NCBI GenBank assembly: GCA_963767735.1
Contig: CAVYES010000002.1
Coordinates: forward strand, 216,199-280,198
Direction: 5' to 3'
DNA length: 64,000 nt
Source: Candidatus Bathyarchaeota archaeon
GTDB lineage: Archaea > Thermoproteota > Bathyarchaeia > Bathyarchaeales > Bathycorpusculaceae
Shown here: positions 40,068-49,924 of the stretch, piece after piece
Numbering within the stretch: the stretch's first letter is position 1
Layout: each line of letters begins with the position of its first letter
Program-made: the position numbers and the translations under genes
The notes under the pieces: generated by a model
The model's database searches: none
Seen by the model: only the letters and a program-made list of their open reading frames with translations
What the model was told of the DNA's origin: nothing

Positions 40068-40337
40068 ATGACAACTATATCTGTTACAGAAGATGTTAAG
40101 CAAAAGCTACTGGAGGTCGCTTCTGAACTTCAGATTAAACTGGGGCACCGGGTAGACCTAAACGAGGCTTTACGGTTCCTGGTTGATCAGCGGGAGAAGA
40201 GCCCTCAACTACTTGAAGAGGCATGCAAACCAATAGTCGGAGCTAAAGAAGCAAGTGAAGAGCTGCAAAAGGAGCGAAAACTTGATGAAACCAGACTTGA
40301 AAGGAAAATTAGCCGTAGACACCAGCGCATTGATTGA
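40068..40337 (+). CDS. VapB-type antitoxin
   Basis: MTTISVTEDVKQKL..VDLNEAL; overlaps the PIN gene. Confidence 0.75.
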   Translation: MTTISVTEDVKQKLLEVASELQIKLGHRVDLNEALRFLVDQREKSPQLLEEACKPIVGAKEASEELQKERKLDETRLERKISRRHQRID

Positions 40338-40719
40338 GCTAATATATTGCGATGAGCCCGGACAGAAACTCAAAAAAGCTCTAGAAAGTGACCTCGTCGA
40401 AGCTTGGACTACAGAGGTGGCAGTTGCTGAACTGAGGTACGTTCTCTGCAGAAAACTTGGCTGGCATCAATCAGCTGAAAGAGTAAACAAGCTGCTTACA
40501 TCAGGATACATCAAAGTTGAAGACACATTAAAATTAATCAACCAAGCCTCCAAAACTAAATGCAAACGAGCCATTTCGCTACCCGACTGCTTCATCTTGG
40601 CTCTTGCCCACCAAATTGCCGGCGACGCACTTTTCGCCCGAAAAGAACAGGACCTAACAGCTGAAATGCAGAAAGAACCGTTTGAAGTCAACATAATCTT
40701 TCTAGAAAACGAAAAATAA
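40285..40719 (+). CDS. vapC: VapC PIN-domain toxin
   Basis: AVDTSALIE, AEL.Y..CR, SLPDC..LALA. Confidence 0.85.
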   Translation: MKPDLKGKLAVDTSALIELIYCDEPGQKLKKALESDLVEAWTTEVAVAELRYVLCRKLGWHQSAERVNKLLTSGYIKVEDTLKLINQASKTKCKRAISLPDCFILALAHQIAGDALFARKEQDLTAEMQKEPFEVNIIFLENEK

Positions 40720-40745
40720 AGTTAACAAAAAAGATCAGCGACCTT

Positions 40746-40823
40746 TGGTGGACCGGGCGGGATTTGAACCCGCGGCTTCCGCGTTGCGAACGCGGCGATC
40801 ATACCGAGCTGATCTACCGGCCC
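40746..40823 (-). tRNA. tRNA-Ala(CGC), CCA encoded, no intron
   Basis: GGGCCGG/CCGGTCC stem with G3-U70, anticodon loop TT-CGC-AA, GGTTCAAATCC. Confidence 0.95.
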
Positions 40824-40882
40824 GTTCTGGTGCTTTTCTGAAAAAAATACCTTATTGAGTACATTTAGGGCTTTCGGTTAGC

Positions 40883-41059
40883 TTATTCTTCGCCGTACCC
40901 ATGTTCTATTCGGCCATGTGTCCTGCGATAGGCTCCCTCGTGCACTTGCTTAGAATCGCCAAAGCAGCTTAGGTGCTTTTGTAGATCCGTTGTATTTAGG
41001 AATATGCAGGCGCAGTGTGGACACTTGTAGTAATGGTTGCTGTTTTTTTCTTCTGCCAT
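40883..41059 (-). CDS. Small C2H2-like zinc-finger protein (58 aa)
   Basis: YKCPHCACIF...DLQKH; SD GGAAGG before ATG 41059. Confidence 0.7.
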   Translation of the reverse strand: MAEEKNSNHYYKCPHCACIFLNTTDLQKHLSCFGDSKQVHEGAYRRTHGRIEHGYGEE

Positions 41060-41082
41060 GTTTTTTCCTTCCGCTGTTAGGT

Positions 41083-44000
41083 TTAATGGATATTTAGGTA
41101 TATCTTTTTGCCGTCCAGCTCGGATTCGTGCCATTCTGCATCGTGTTCTTCGGTTCGGCTGCCATGCAGGTAAACTTTTCTCGCTCGCACCAGCCCAGCC
41201 ATCTCCTCCAGATACTGCTCCAAAAGCGTCATGCTTTCAGCGTCCAACTCTGCAATGTGAACTGACTCCAGCACATCTGTCGGTACAAAACCCATCTCTT
41301 TGCGCAACGCTTGCACGCGGCGCGCCAAATCCCGCATTATGCCCTCGCCCAGCAGCGTATCATCTCTTTGCCCGCTTACCAACACGATTACGTCGCCTTC
41401 TTGACTAGAAACCCAGTTCTCGCCTCCAACGTACTCTGGAACCTGCACTGAGTATTCTGCGGCTTTCACGTTGGTGAGCTCCAAGAACAAGGCTTCAAGA
41501 CATTTTAATGCATCCAGTGTTTTTTGTGGGGCAACCACGATTGCTTTGCTTAGCGGCCATCGGCGTTTGAGCTTCCCTTGCTGCCTCGCAGCGTAACCGA
41601 TTGAAACTGTTTTAAGCAAAATGTCAAACCGTTCTTCTATGATTTTGTCGCGCATTTTCTCGTTTGAAGTAGGCCATGAATCAAGATTAACTGATTCGGG
41701 CAGTTGAGGTTCCAGTTTTCTGTAAATTTTCTGGTAAAGTGCCTCGCTCAGATAAGGAGTGATTGGGTTGAAGAGCAGCGTCACCGTCTTTAGCGTGTGG
41801 TATAGCAGTGCGTAGATGGTTTGGCGTCTTTCGAAGGTTTCAGGCTCGTCAGTCCAAAGTTCCTTTCGAATCATAGGCACGTAAAGTCTGCTGAGGGTTT
41901 CAATAACAAAATCGTCCAAGACCGCTACGGCAGCGTTGAATTCACACCTTTCAAGCTTGACACTATAGTCTTCGATTTTGTCTTGCAGCTTAGAGAGCAG
42001 CCACAAGTCAGCTGGCTGAAGCTTATTTGCCTCAAAAGCCCAAGCCAACGTATACTTGCCTGGGTTGAACTCGTCGAAGGTTGCGTTTTGCATAAAAAAT
42101 CTGCTTAAATGGTACAGAGTTGACAAGACTTGGTATGGGCGACGGTTTAGTTCTTGCATGTCAAAATTCATAAAATCAATGGGCGAGCATTTGCGTGTCA
42201 TATAAAAGCGGCACAGGTCAGCAGAGTTCTTCTCAAGCAGCTTGTTGGTTTCAACCACGTTGCCTAAACTTTTGCTCATTTTTCTGCCTTTCGCGTCCTG
42301 CGTTAAGCCTTGGAACAGAAACGACTTGTATGGAGCAACAGGTTCTCCGGTTAAAACAACGTGTTCTAAAAGAAGCGAGTTCGCCCAGCCTCGGGTTTGG
42401 TCGATGCCTTCAGTTAAGAAACTGGTTGGCACAAACTTTTCAACTTCTTCATCACTAAAACGTGCATATGGTGCAGCGCCACTGTTATGCCAAGTGTCCA
42501 ATACAAAGTCTTCACGACGCATGTTTCCGCCGCATTTTTCGCATTTAAACGTAATTCGGTCAACCCAAGGCTTGTGCAACTCAAAGTTTTCAGGAATCAT
42601 CTCTTGCGAATTTTCGATTAGCTCTTTTTTGCTTCCAACTATGCGTTTGTTTCCGCATTTTTCGCATGCCCAAATCGGAAGCGGTGTACCCCAGATGCGT
42701 TCTCGGCTTATGCACCATGGTTTTCCTTCTTTCAGAAAGCCTAAAAACCTGTTTTTTGGTTCTTCAAAGAAATATTCTACTTTTTCTGCCGCTTCCAGTA
42801 CCTTGCTGTTTAACTTGTCGGTGCGTAAAAAGTATTCTTTTCTAGCAAGCCAAACGAGTTTATGGTGGGAACGCCAGCAAGTTGGGTACTCATGTTTTGT
42901 CTTTGCAACTTTAACGAAGGCATTCTGGTTGCGTAGTTCTTCAACTATCAGGTAATCAGCGTCGCGGGCAAATACACCGTTGAAAATTCCGGCGTCTTTG
43001 GTGAATTTTACTTCATCATCATAAGGAGCGAAGATGGGGACGCCTCTGCGTTGAGCTGCCCAAAAATCGTCTTCACCGTTTCCAGGCGAGAGATGCACCA
43101 CGCCTGTGGCAGTGTTAACGTCAACGAAGTCTTCGCCGATAACCTTGTGAACGAGGGGATGCTTAGTTTCAAGCTCTGCTTGTTTAGGAATTAAATCCTT
43201 TAACGGGTAGTCATAGGCTGTGCCTTCTAAGCTTTTACCTGACATTTCGTCGGTGACTTGATACTTTATTATATCGAGTTCCTGCATGACTGGCTCGACG
43301 CGTTGTTTCACCATTATCCAGGTTTCTTCGCCGACTTTCACCTTTACGTATTCAGCGTTTGGCTGAACCGCCAGCATCGTGTCGGTTATTATTGTGAAGG
43401 GCATTGTTGTCCATACAAGGAAAAACTCGTTTTTGCTTCCCGAGACTTTGAATTTAAAGTATAATGACGGATCCTCCACTTCCTTGTAGCTGCCCTCATA
43501 ACCGACTTCCGCGCTGCTCAGCGAAGTTTGGCAGCCAGGGCAGTAAGCAACAACGTAGTGGCCTTCTTCGAGGAGGTTTTGTTCCCAAGCGCGTTTTAGG
43601 ATTTGCCACTCGCGTTCAATGTAGCTATCTTTGTAGGTCCAGTACGCTTTCTCTTGGTTGATGAAAACGCCGAGGTTTTTGTCGGCTTCAAGCCACATCT
43701 GATGGTAACGCAGGATTGTTTTTTGGCATTCCTCAATGAAACGTTCTTGACCAACATGTTCAAGGAGTTCACGTTTATTTTTGACCCCGAGAAGCTTTTC
43801 CACTTCCAGTTCCACGGGCAGGCCTTGGCAGTCCCATCCTGCCCAAAAAGGCATGTAATAGCCTTGCATGGTTTTCCATCGGTAGCGGATATCCTTCATC
43901 ACTCGACCACGAGCGTGCCCAATATGCGGGATACCGTTTAATGTGGGTGGACCTTCAACGTAACCTAAGACGCCCTTAGCATTCTTTTCAATAAGCTCAA

Positions 44001-44118
44001 GTTTGTCCCGAATTTGGCTTTTTATCCAGAACTCGCGGATTTCTTTTTCAAGTTCAAGTGGACTGTAATTTGTTGGCAAACTTTGGTTTAGGTTAGCTTC
44101 TTTTGGCTGGGCAGTCAC
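41083..44118 (-). CDS. ileS: Isoleucine--tRNA ligase
   Basis: EGPPTLNG.PHIGH, GWDCQGLPVE, WTT.P.T, WCISR.R.WGTP, DQTRGW, KMSKS. Confidence 0.96.
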   Translation of the reverse strand: MTAQPKEANLNQSLPTNYSPLELEKEIREFWIKSQIRDKLELIEKNAKGVLGYVEGPPTLNGIPHIGHARGRVMKDIRYRWKTMQGYYMPFWAGWDCQGLPVELEVEKLLGVKNKRELLEHVGQERFIEECQKTILRYHQMWLEADKNLGVFINQEKAYWTYKDSYIEREWQILKRAWEQNLLEEGHYVVAYCPGCQTSLSSAEVGYEGSYKEVEDPSLYFKFKVSGSKNEFFLVWTTMPFTIITDTMLAVQPNAEYVKVKVGEETWIMVKQRVEPVMQELDIIKYQVTDEMSGKSLEGTAYDYPLKDLIPKQAELETKHPLVHKVIGEDFVDVNTATGVVHLSPGNGEDDFWAAQRRGVPIFAPYDDEVKFTKDAGIFNGVFARDADYLIVEELRNQNAFVKVAKTKHEYPTCWRSHHKLVWLARKEYFLRTDKLNSKVLEAAEKVEYFFEEPKNRFLGFLKEGKPWCISRERIWGTPLPIWACEKCGNKRIVGSKKELIENSQEMIPENFELHKPWVDRITFKCEKCGGNMRREDFVLDTWHNSGAAPYARFSDEEVEKFVPTSFLTEGIDQTRGWANSLLLEHVVLTGEPVAPYKSFLFQGLTQDAKGRKMSKSLGNVVETNKLLEKNSADLCRFYMTRKCSPIDFMNFDMQELNRRPYQVLSTLYHLSRFFMQNATFDEFNPGKYTLAWAFEANKLQPADLWLLSKLQDKIEDYSVKLERCEFNAAVAVLDDFVIETLSRLYVPMIRKELWTDEPETFERRQTIYALLYHTLKTVTLLFNPITPYLSEALYQKIYRKLEPQLPESVNLDSWPTSNEKMRDKIIEERFDILLKTVSIGYAARQQGKLKRRWPLSKAIVVAPQKTLDALKCLEALFLELTNVKAAEYSVQVPEYVGGENWVSSQEGDVIVLVSGQRDDTLLGEGIMRDLARRVQALRKEMGFVPTDVLESVHIAELDAESMTLLEQYLEEMAGLVRARKVYLHGSRTEEHDAEWHESELDGKKIYLNIH

Positions 44119-44315
44119 TCTTCATCCCGTACCGCAAAATAGGCTAAAAGACTATATAAAAATATAAGTACCACAAGGAAAATAAGCGGTTAAACTTTCA
44201 CGTAATTTTTTCGCCTGATGTTAATATCATGGAGATGAAGAAACTTTTTGTACAAAATTGAATTTATGTAAAAATTTAGCAAAACCTTAATTTTAGTTAT
44301 ATACCCTAAAATGGT

Positions 44316-45332
44316 ATGAACAAAGTGAAAGTCTGGGTTAGCGAGCTGCGGGCTCCGTTTCTAACTGGAACCATTATCCCCATCGTTTTGGGTACAGTTA
44401 TCGCGTGGGTGAGAAACAGCGCGTTCAATCCGCTCTTTTTTGTGCTTGCCCTCATGGGCGGTATATTTGTCCACTTAGGAGCCAATGTGGTTAACGATTA
44501 CTTCGATTACAAGAGCGGCAATGACACACTCAACAAAGAGTTTGTACGCCCGTTCTCAGGCGGCAGCCGAGCTATTCCCTCAGGTCTGCTCACTCCAAGA
44601 GAAGTCTTAGCGGGCTCCATCGTCCTTTTCACACTGGCAACCATAATAGGTTTGTACTTCGCGCTGGTAGTCGGATATTTCGTGCTGGTTCTGGTAGTTG
44701 TTGGTTTATTTTCGGCTTATTTCTACACTGGTCGCCCTTTCAATCTTGCAGGGAAAGGCGTAGGGGAAGCAATTGTCGGATTAAACTTTGGGTTACTCAT
44801 GACCCTTGGAGCTTTTTACGTTCAAACTGGAGCTTTATCAATCGTGCCTTTAGTCGCTGCAGTTCCAGTTGCTCTTCTGATTACCGCCATTCTGTACATA
44901 AACGCGTTTCAGGACTACAGTGCTGATAAAGCTGTAGGAAAGAACACGTGGGTAGTTAGGCTCGGTAGAGAAAAAGCTTCTATTGCTTATGCAGGTATGA
45001 TGTATGCTGCTTACGCCGCCATCTTGGTAGCTGCCTTGTTGCGGGTTATCCCTGTTTACACCCTGATTGCCTTGATTACCTTTCCTTTGACAGTGAAATC
45101 GATTTCGAACGCAAGGCAGTTCCATTCAAGTTCTTTACAGCTTGCGCTCTCAAACGCACTTACAATAGTTGTACACCTGTTTACAGGCATCCTGCTGGTG
45201 TTGGGGTACATGTTGAGCGTTTTTGCTCCTTTAACTCTCGGGTTTCTTGTGGTTCTATCTTCAGCGGTCGTCTGCGTAGCATTGACTTTCTTGCTATTTC
45301 GGAAAATCGCTTACGGTAAGAAACCTGTTTAA
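44316..45332 (+). CDS. menA: 1,4-dihydroxy-2-naphthoate polyprenyltransferase (MenA/UBIAD1 subfamily of UbiA)
   Basis: RAPFL, N..NDYFDY.SG.D, GGSR, YT..PF.L..G.GE, N..QD..AD..GK.T. Confidence 0.85.
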   Translation: MNKVKVWVSELRAPFLTGTIIPIVLGTVIAWVRNSAFNPLFFVLALMGGIFVHLGANVVNDYFDYKSGNDTLNKEFVRPFSGGSRAIPSGLLTPREVLAGSIVLFTLATIIGLYFALVVGYFVLVLVVVGLFSAYFYTGRPFNLAGKGVGEAIVGLNFGLLMTLGAFYVQTGALSIVPLVAAVPVALLITAILYINAFQDYSADKAVGKNTWVVRLGREKASIAYAGMMYAAYAAILVAALLRVIPVYTLIALITFPLTVKSISNARQFHSSSLQLALSNALTIVVHLFTGILLVLGYMLSVFAPLTLGFLVVLSSAVVCVALTFLLFRKIAYGKKPV

Positions 45333-45368
45333 ACCTCAGTTACAAGTCTTTCAAGAGACGAAAACTAA

Positions 45369-46046
45369 ATGACGACAATTGAAAAACCACCGACCTACAG
45401 TGCCTTACCTGAAAATCGTACAACCTCAATTTTTGACAGAATAAGGCACAACTACGAACTGTTGACTCTTCCCCTGCCCTTTATCTTATGGTTTATCACT
45501 TTTACTAGGCCGCCTTTTGGTTTTTGGCCAACGTTAGCGCTCTCAACTGGCATACTCTTAGTTGTCTCCGTGCCTAGAATGCGTAAAATCAAAGTCCAAC
45601 CAACAATACGCGGTTTCGTTATTGGAGTCGCGTTAGGCGTTGCCCTTTTTGCACTTTTCTACTTCGGCGCTCAAATCGCTAACTCAATCCCCGGTTTTCC
45701 CTCTCAAGTTTCATCCGTTTACTCCTTCCGCGGGAATTTCCCTCTCTGGGCAATCGCAGGTCTTTTGCTATTCCCCATAGGTCTCGGTGAGGCAACGTAT
45801 TGGCAGGGCCTTATCCTCAACCACCTCGATAAACGGCTTAAACCGTGGGCTGCGGCTGTTCTAACAAGCTTTCTGTATACGATGATACACTTGCCAACGT
45901 TTAACCCATCACTTATGTTAGTGGCACTTATTGTCGGATTAGCTTGGAGCTTCACGTTTAACAAGTTGGGTAAAAACCTTTTTCCAATCATAGTCTCGCA
46001 CATTATTTTTGACGAGTTCGCCTTCGTCCTTTTCATGATTCCCTAA
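45369..46046 (+). CDS. CPBP/Abi (CAAX-protease-like) membrane protein with degenerate first motif
   Basis: GEATYWQG (expected EE..RG), LY..IH, SH..FD. Confidence 0.8.
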   Translation: MTTIEKPPTYSALPENRTTSIFDRIRHNYELLTLPLPFILWFITFTRPPFGFWPTLALSTGILLVVSVPRMRKIKVQPTIRGFVIGVALGVALFALFYFGAQIANSIPGFPSQVSSVYSFRGNFPLWAIAGLLLFPIGLGEATYWQGLILNHLDKRLKPWAAAVLTSFLYTMIHLPTFNPSLMLVALIVGLAWSFTFNKLGKNLFPIIVSHIIFDEFAFVLFMIP

Positions 46047-46218
46047 CTTTCATTACCCAAGAGAAGCAGAAAATAAAGAGGCGAGCTTTATCGTGTTAAG
46101 GTTTAGGGGCGGCGATGCTTGCTCTGTGAGCGTGGTAACTTTAGCACATTGAATATTTAGATGTATGAGGGGAAATCGCGTCACAACATCGATTTGCTGG
46201 TTCTTTCCCGAAATGCAG

Positions 46219-46677
46219 CTACTTCTTGCTCAGGTAACTATTACATGCTTTGAATCCTTTCTGTATCACGTCTGAATGCATTTTTCCAATGTCCACGAAT
46301 AGAGAGAGCAGGATAAGAGATAGTCTCTTAAGTCTGAAGTTAATTCGATATTGTACCTTCGTCTTTCCATCATTTGGCTCAAATGTCCATTTCCCAGTTC
46401 CTACAAAGTCACCTGCAACCTCATATTCTATCGACTTTGCTTCCACAATCTTCGTCACTTTGATTGAAAACTTTGCTGATCTTATTCTACTTGTAGGATT
46501 AATGGTTACAACAACAATTGCACCCTCACGGTCAATTGGATTATTCCCCATTAGCTTGAATTCAAGAATAGGCATCCACCAATGTGTGACCCCCGCGTGT
46601 TCGTTCAAAATAGCCTTATAGACTACCAAAGGCGGGCTATCTATAACGGCTTCATTAATAACATCATATTTTGGCAT
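46219..46677 (-). CDS. SRPBCC/START-fold ligand-binding protein
   Basis: AVIDSPP..VY.A...WW, G.WTFEP.DGKT.V. Confidence 0.8.
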   Translation of the reverse strand: MPKYDVINEAVIDSPPLVVYKAILNEHAGVTHWWMPILEFKLMGNNPIDREGAIVVVTINPTSRIRSAKFSIKVTKIVEAKSIEYEVAGDFVGTGKWTFEPNDGKTKVQYRINFRLKRLSLILLSLFVDIGKMHSDVIQKGFKACNSYLSKK

Positions 46678-47084
46678 AAAGCCATTGTTCCTTTCTACTT
46701 AAAACATTTTTCTCTTCTTGGTCCTAAAGTCATGCTGCGGGGATTTGAACCCAAGTTGTCAGGTTACAGAAATTAAGCACCCAAACTCACACCTTTGATG
46801 CAATAGTTGAATGTCACGCTGGAGGGCCATGCATTTCTCATAATAAACTGCGGAATGCAAATCTGTCAACTAAAAGCCTGCTAAAATTCATTAACACAAC
46901 GAAACATGAAAACGCAAACAATCAGTTAGTTTGCAAAGTATCTGATCTTTTGGCTTCGAATTGATTATGCGTGTTAACGGCTGTTGGGACATTAGAAGAA
47001 TGTTACGATTTAAAACTGCCTATTATTATGATTCTTTTATAGTTAGATTTATCAAGATGTGGCAGTATTAATTATTGGTCAACA

Positions 47085-47585
47085 ATGAAAGCATATATGA
47101 TATTATCCTGCAAAACAGGCACTTTCAACAGGGTTTTGGACGAGCTAATAAAAATGAATCTTTCCAAGAAAGATGTTTTCCTGCTTTTTGGCCCAGTTGA
47201 CATTCTCATCCAATTCCGCGAATTAAAAGATCTTGACGAATTCATCAATAAATGGTTTGATCCTATTAGAGTAATAACTCCTCAAGAACCGATGATTGAG
47301 AAAACGCAAACTCTCATAGTTATATCAGAAGGCAAGTCATTCGCAGAGGAGCCATATGCTTTCCTGTTCCTTAACACTCAGCCTAGAAATCTCGAACAAG
47401 TCCAACAACGGCTTCAAAGTATCCCTAATGTTTTGTCGGCTGATACGGTCTTCGGACCCTACGATGTAATATGCGCAGTTAAAGCCAGCGGCAAGGAAGA
47501 ACTAAAACAACTTGATTCTCAAATACAAAAAGAAGCCCCACAAATTCAAGGGACAGTCACTGCAATCGTAGCTCCACTTTATTGA
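47085..47585 (+). CDS. Tandem Lrp/AsnC ligand-binding-domain protein without HTH
   Basis: Two copies of A(Y/F)..L....V...L......(L/V)FGP.D(I/V). Confidence 0.8.
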   Translation: MKAYMILSCKTGTFNRVLDELIKMNLSKKDVFLLFGPVDILIQFRELKDLDEFINKWFDPIRVITPQEPMIEKTQTLIVISEGKSFAEEPYAFLFLNTQPRNLEQVQQRLQSIPNVLSADTVFGPYDVICAVKASGKEELKQLDSQIQKEAPQIQGTVTAIVAPLY

Positions 47586-47933
47586 AAGCGCCCCGACTCT
47601 TCAGTGCACACACAATAATCTCAGTAAACATAGCTCTCTCACACGCATTTCAATAGCTTGAAACAGAAAAAGAAAACGCAGTTAATTTAACTAAGAGGCA
47701 ACGCACTTCTTAATGATCTTGACCTTTAACATGAGATAGAGGCACATTCTCAGTCATTTTGGAAAAGATTTTCTGAGATGCATGTCAAAATGGTTAGTTG
47801 AGGCGCAAATCGTTCTTCTGAAGTGTGGGCATGTTCTTTTTTTCTGGATTATATCTTTTTTGAGAGAACAGTTTGCTGCTAAACGATAAAATAATGTTTA
47901 AAAAGAGAGAGAAAAAAGCAAGGAAGTTATATG

Positions 47934-48455
47934 CTACCAGTCAGGAAATAGGTCCATTGTATCGACAACCGAAGTAGTTAAATCCTTTACGCCAGGAATA
48001 CTCTCCATACTTGAGACAACCCGTTCACAATCCACATCGTCTCTTGCTTTAAATGAGCTTATTACACCGTAAGATCCAAATACGGAATCAGCTGATAGCA
48101 CTTGGGGAAGAGTCAGAAGCCCTGTTCGCACAGTTTCTAAATCGCTAGGCTGAGTGTTCATGAATACAAAAGCAAACGGCTTTTCTGCAGGAACCGGACC
48201 GGCTGATATGACAATGAAACTTAACATTTTTTTGATTAAATCCTCCTTTGCACCTATCATTCTAACAGGATTGAAACATTTAGTCATGAACTCCTGTAGA
48301 CTCTTTAACTTATTGAACTGCAACAGTATGTCAACCGGACCATCCAGCAGGTACATGTCACGTTGGTCAATGTTCAACTTGAAAAGCAGCTCTCTAAAGA
48401 GCTCCTCGTAGTTTCCATTCCCAAGTTTACAATTTAGGCCTAAATATGCTTTTAT
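47934..48455 (-). CDS. Paralogous tandem Lrp/AsnC ligand-binding-domain protein; apparent ATA start
   Basis: Shares GPVDIL.QF, P(F/Y)AF.F.NTQP, VLSAD.VFG with 47085-47585; frame extends to ATA-AAA-GCA-TAT at 48455. Confidence 0.8.
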   Translation of the reverse strand: MKAYLGLNCKLGNGNYEELFRELLFKLNIDQRDMYLLDGPVDILLQFNKLKSLQEFMTKCFNPVRMIGAKEDLIKKMLSFIVISAGPVPAEKPFAFVFMNTQPSDLETVRTGLLTLPQVLSADSVFGSYGVISSFKARDDVDCERVVSSMESIPGVKDLTTSVVDTMDLFPDW

Positions 48456-49924
48456 TTTACAACACCTCCTGATATTTTTTCAGTTAGTTTTAGGGGACTT
48501 TGACTTATGAGATACTCGTGTATATTCTGCGCTGCTTTTTTTCCTTGACCCATAGCACTGATGACGGTTGCCTCACCCGTAGCTATATCGCCACCAGCAT
48601 ACACACCCACAAAGCTGGTTTCTCCAGTTGTATCGTCAGTTATTATCGTGCCATCCCCAGCTGTTTTTAGTCCCTCAGTAGTGTTTTGGATTATAGGGTT
48701 TGGTGTACGTCCTATTGCGACAATTACTGTGTCAACGTCCATGACAGCTTTTGAACCCTCAATTGGAATGGGTTTTCTTCTTCCTGATTGATCTGGCTCG
48801 CCTAGGTTGCAAGATATGTACTCCATTCCAATCACCTTGCCTAGTTCGTTTCCTACGAAACGCGTAGGTGACGTTAGAAATTTGAACACTACGCCCTCTT
48901 CTTCTGCGTTAAGTATTTCCTCTTCTCTTGCAGGCACTTCTTCCCTTGATCTTCGGTAAACCAGCGAGACTGATTCGGCTCCTAACCTCAGCGCTGTCCG
49001 GGCTGAATCCATGGCTACGTTGCCGCCACCGATTACGACGACTCGTTTACCAACACTTATGGGGGTATCAGTCTCGGGGAAACGATAACTCTTCATGAGA
49101 TTAACGCGAATTAGGAACTCATTGGAAGAGTAGATTCCGCTCAGGTTCTCTCCAGGTACACCCATGAATTTAGGGAGACCAGCTCCTGTTCCTATAAAGA
49201 CGGCGTCAAAACCATTCTCAAACAGTTCTTTTATCGTAAACAGTCTACCTGCCAAGGCATCTGTGCATAATTCAACTCCCAGCTTCTCAACATATTCAAT
49301 TTCAGCTTGGACTATGCTCTTCGGTAGTCTGAACTCAGGAATTCCGTAGACAAGTACACCGCCAGCCTTGTGAAGCGCTTCGAATATTGTCACTTTATGG
49401 CCTAATACTGCCAAGTCAGCAGCGACTGTTAATCCTGCTGGACCTGCACCGATTACAGCTACTTTTTTACCTGTTGGAGCAGCAGTGACGCTTGGAACTG
49501 TTACGCCCCTTGTTCTTTCAAGGTCAGCTACGAATCTTTCAAGTCGTCCTATGGATACAGGTTGACCTTTCTTGCCTAACAAGCAAAATTTCTGGCATTG
49601 CTCCTCTTGTGGGCATACTCGTCCACATATAGCTGGCAACCTGTTTTGCTTTTTCACTACCCTTACGGCTTGGTCATAATTCTTTCCTTTTATGAGCTTT
49701 ATGAATTCTGGAATCTGAACTCCAACAGGGCATCCTTTCACGCATTGCGGATTAGGACAACTAAGGCACCGTGAAGCTTCCCTTAACGCCTGCTGTTCAG
49801 TATAGCCCAAGGAAACTTCGTCGAAATTGCGAATGCGTTCTTTTGGGTCTTGTTTTGGCACTGGAATGCTGTACAAATGATTCAAAACCGCTGTTTTCCC
49901 ATCTATGGGAGCAACCGTTTTCAA
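48452..49924 (-). CDS. nfnB: NfnB/SudA (GltD-like) flavo-Fe-S subunit
   Basis: RCLSC...CVKGCP, CGRVCPQE.QC, GAGPAGL, YGIPEFRLP, GGGNVAMD, AGGD..G.ATV. Confidence 0.9.
   Translation of the reverse strand: MKTVAPIDGKTAVLNHLYSIPVPKQDPKERIRNFDEVSLGYTEQQALREASRCLSCPNPQCVKGCPVGVQIPEFIKLIKGKNYDQAVRVVKKQNRLPAICGRVCPQEEQCQKFCLLGKKGQPVSIGRLERFVADLERTRGVTVPSVTAAPTGKKVAVIGAGPAGLTVAADLAVLGHKVTIFEALHKAGGVLVYGIPEFRLPKSIVQAEIEYVEKLGVELCTDALAGRLFTIKELFENGFDAVFIGTGAGLPKFMGVPGENLSGIYSSNEFLIRVNLMKSYRFPETDTPISVGKRVVVIGGGNVAMDSARTALRLGAESVSLVYRRSREEVPAREEEILNAEEEGVVFKFLTSPTRFVGNELGKVIGMEYISCNLGEPDQSGRRKPIPIEGSKAVMDVDTVIVAIGRTPNPIIQNTTEGLKTAGDGTIITDDTTGETSFVGVYAGGDIATGEATVISAMGQGKKAAQNIHEYLISQSPLKLTEKISGGVVK

Noticed and set aside
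42242-42955. 237-aa ORF antisense to ileS, and similar antisense ORFs (14606-15148, 57334-57930, 58496-59011 in an alternative frame)
   Set aside because: They overlap well-conserved genes and carry no motifs; shadow ORFs.
48452-49924. Glutamate synthase small subunit (gltD)
   Set aside because: It is paired with a PyrK-like partner and there is no gltB nearby, which fits NfnAB/SudAB.
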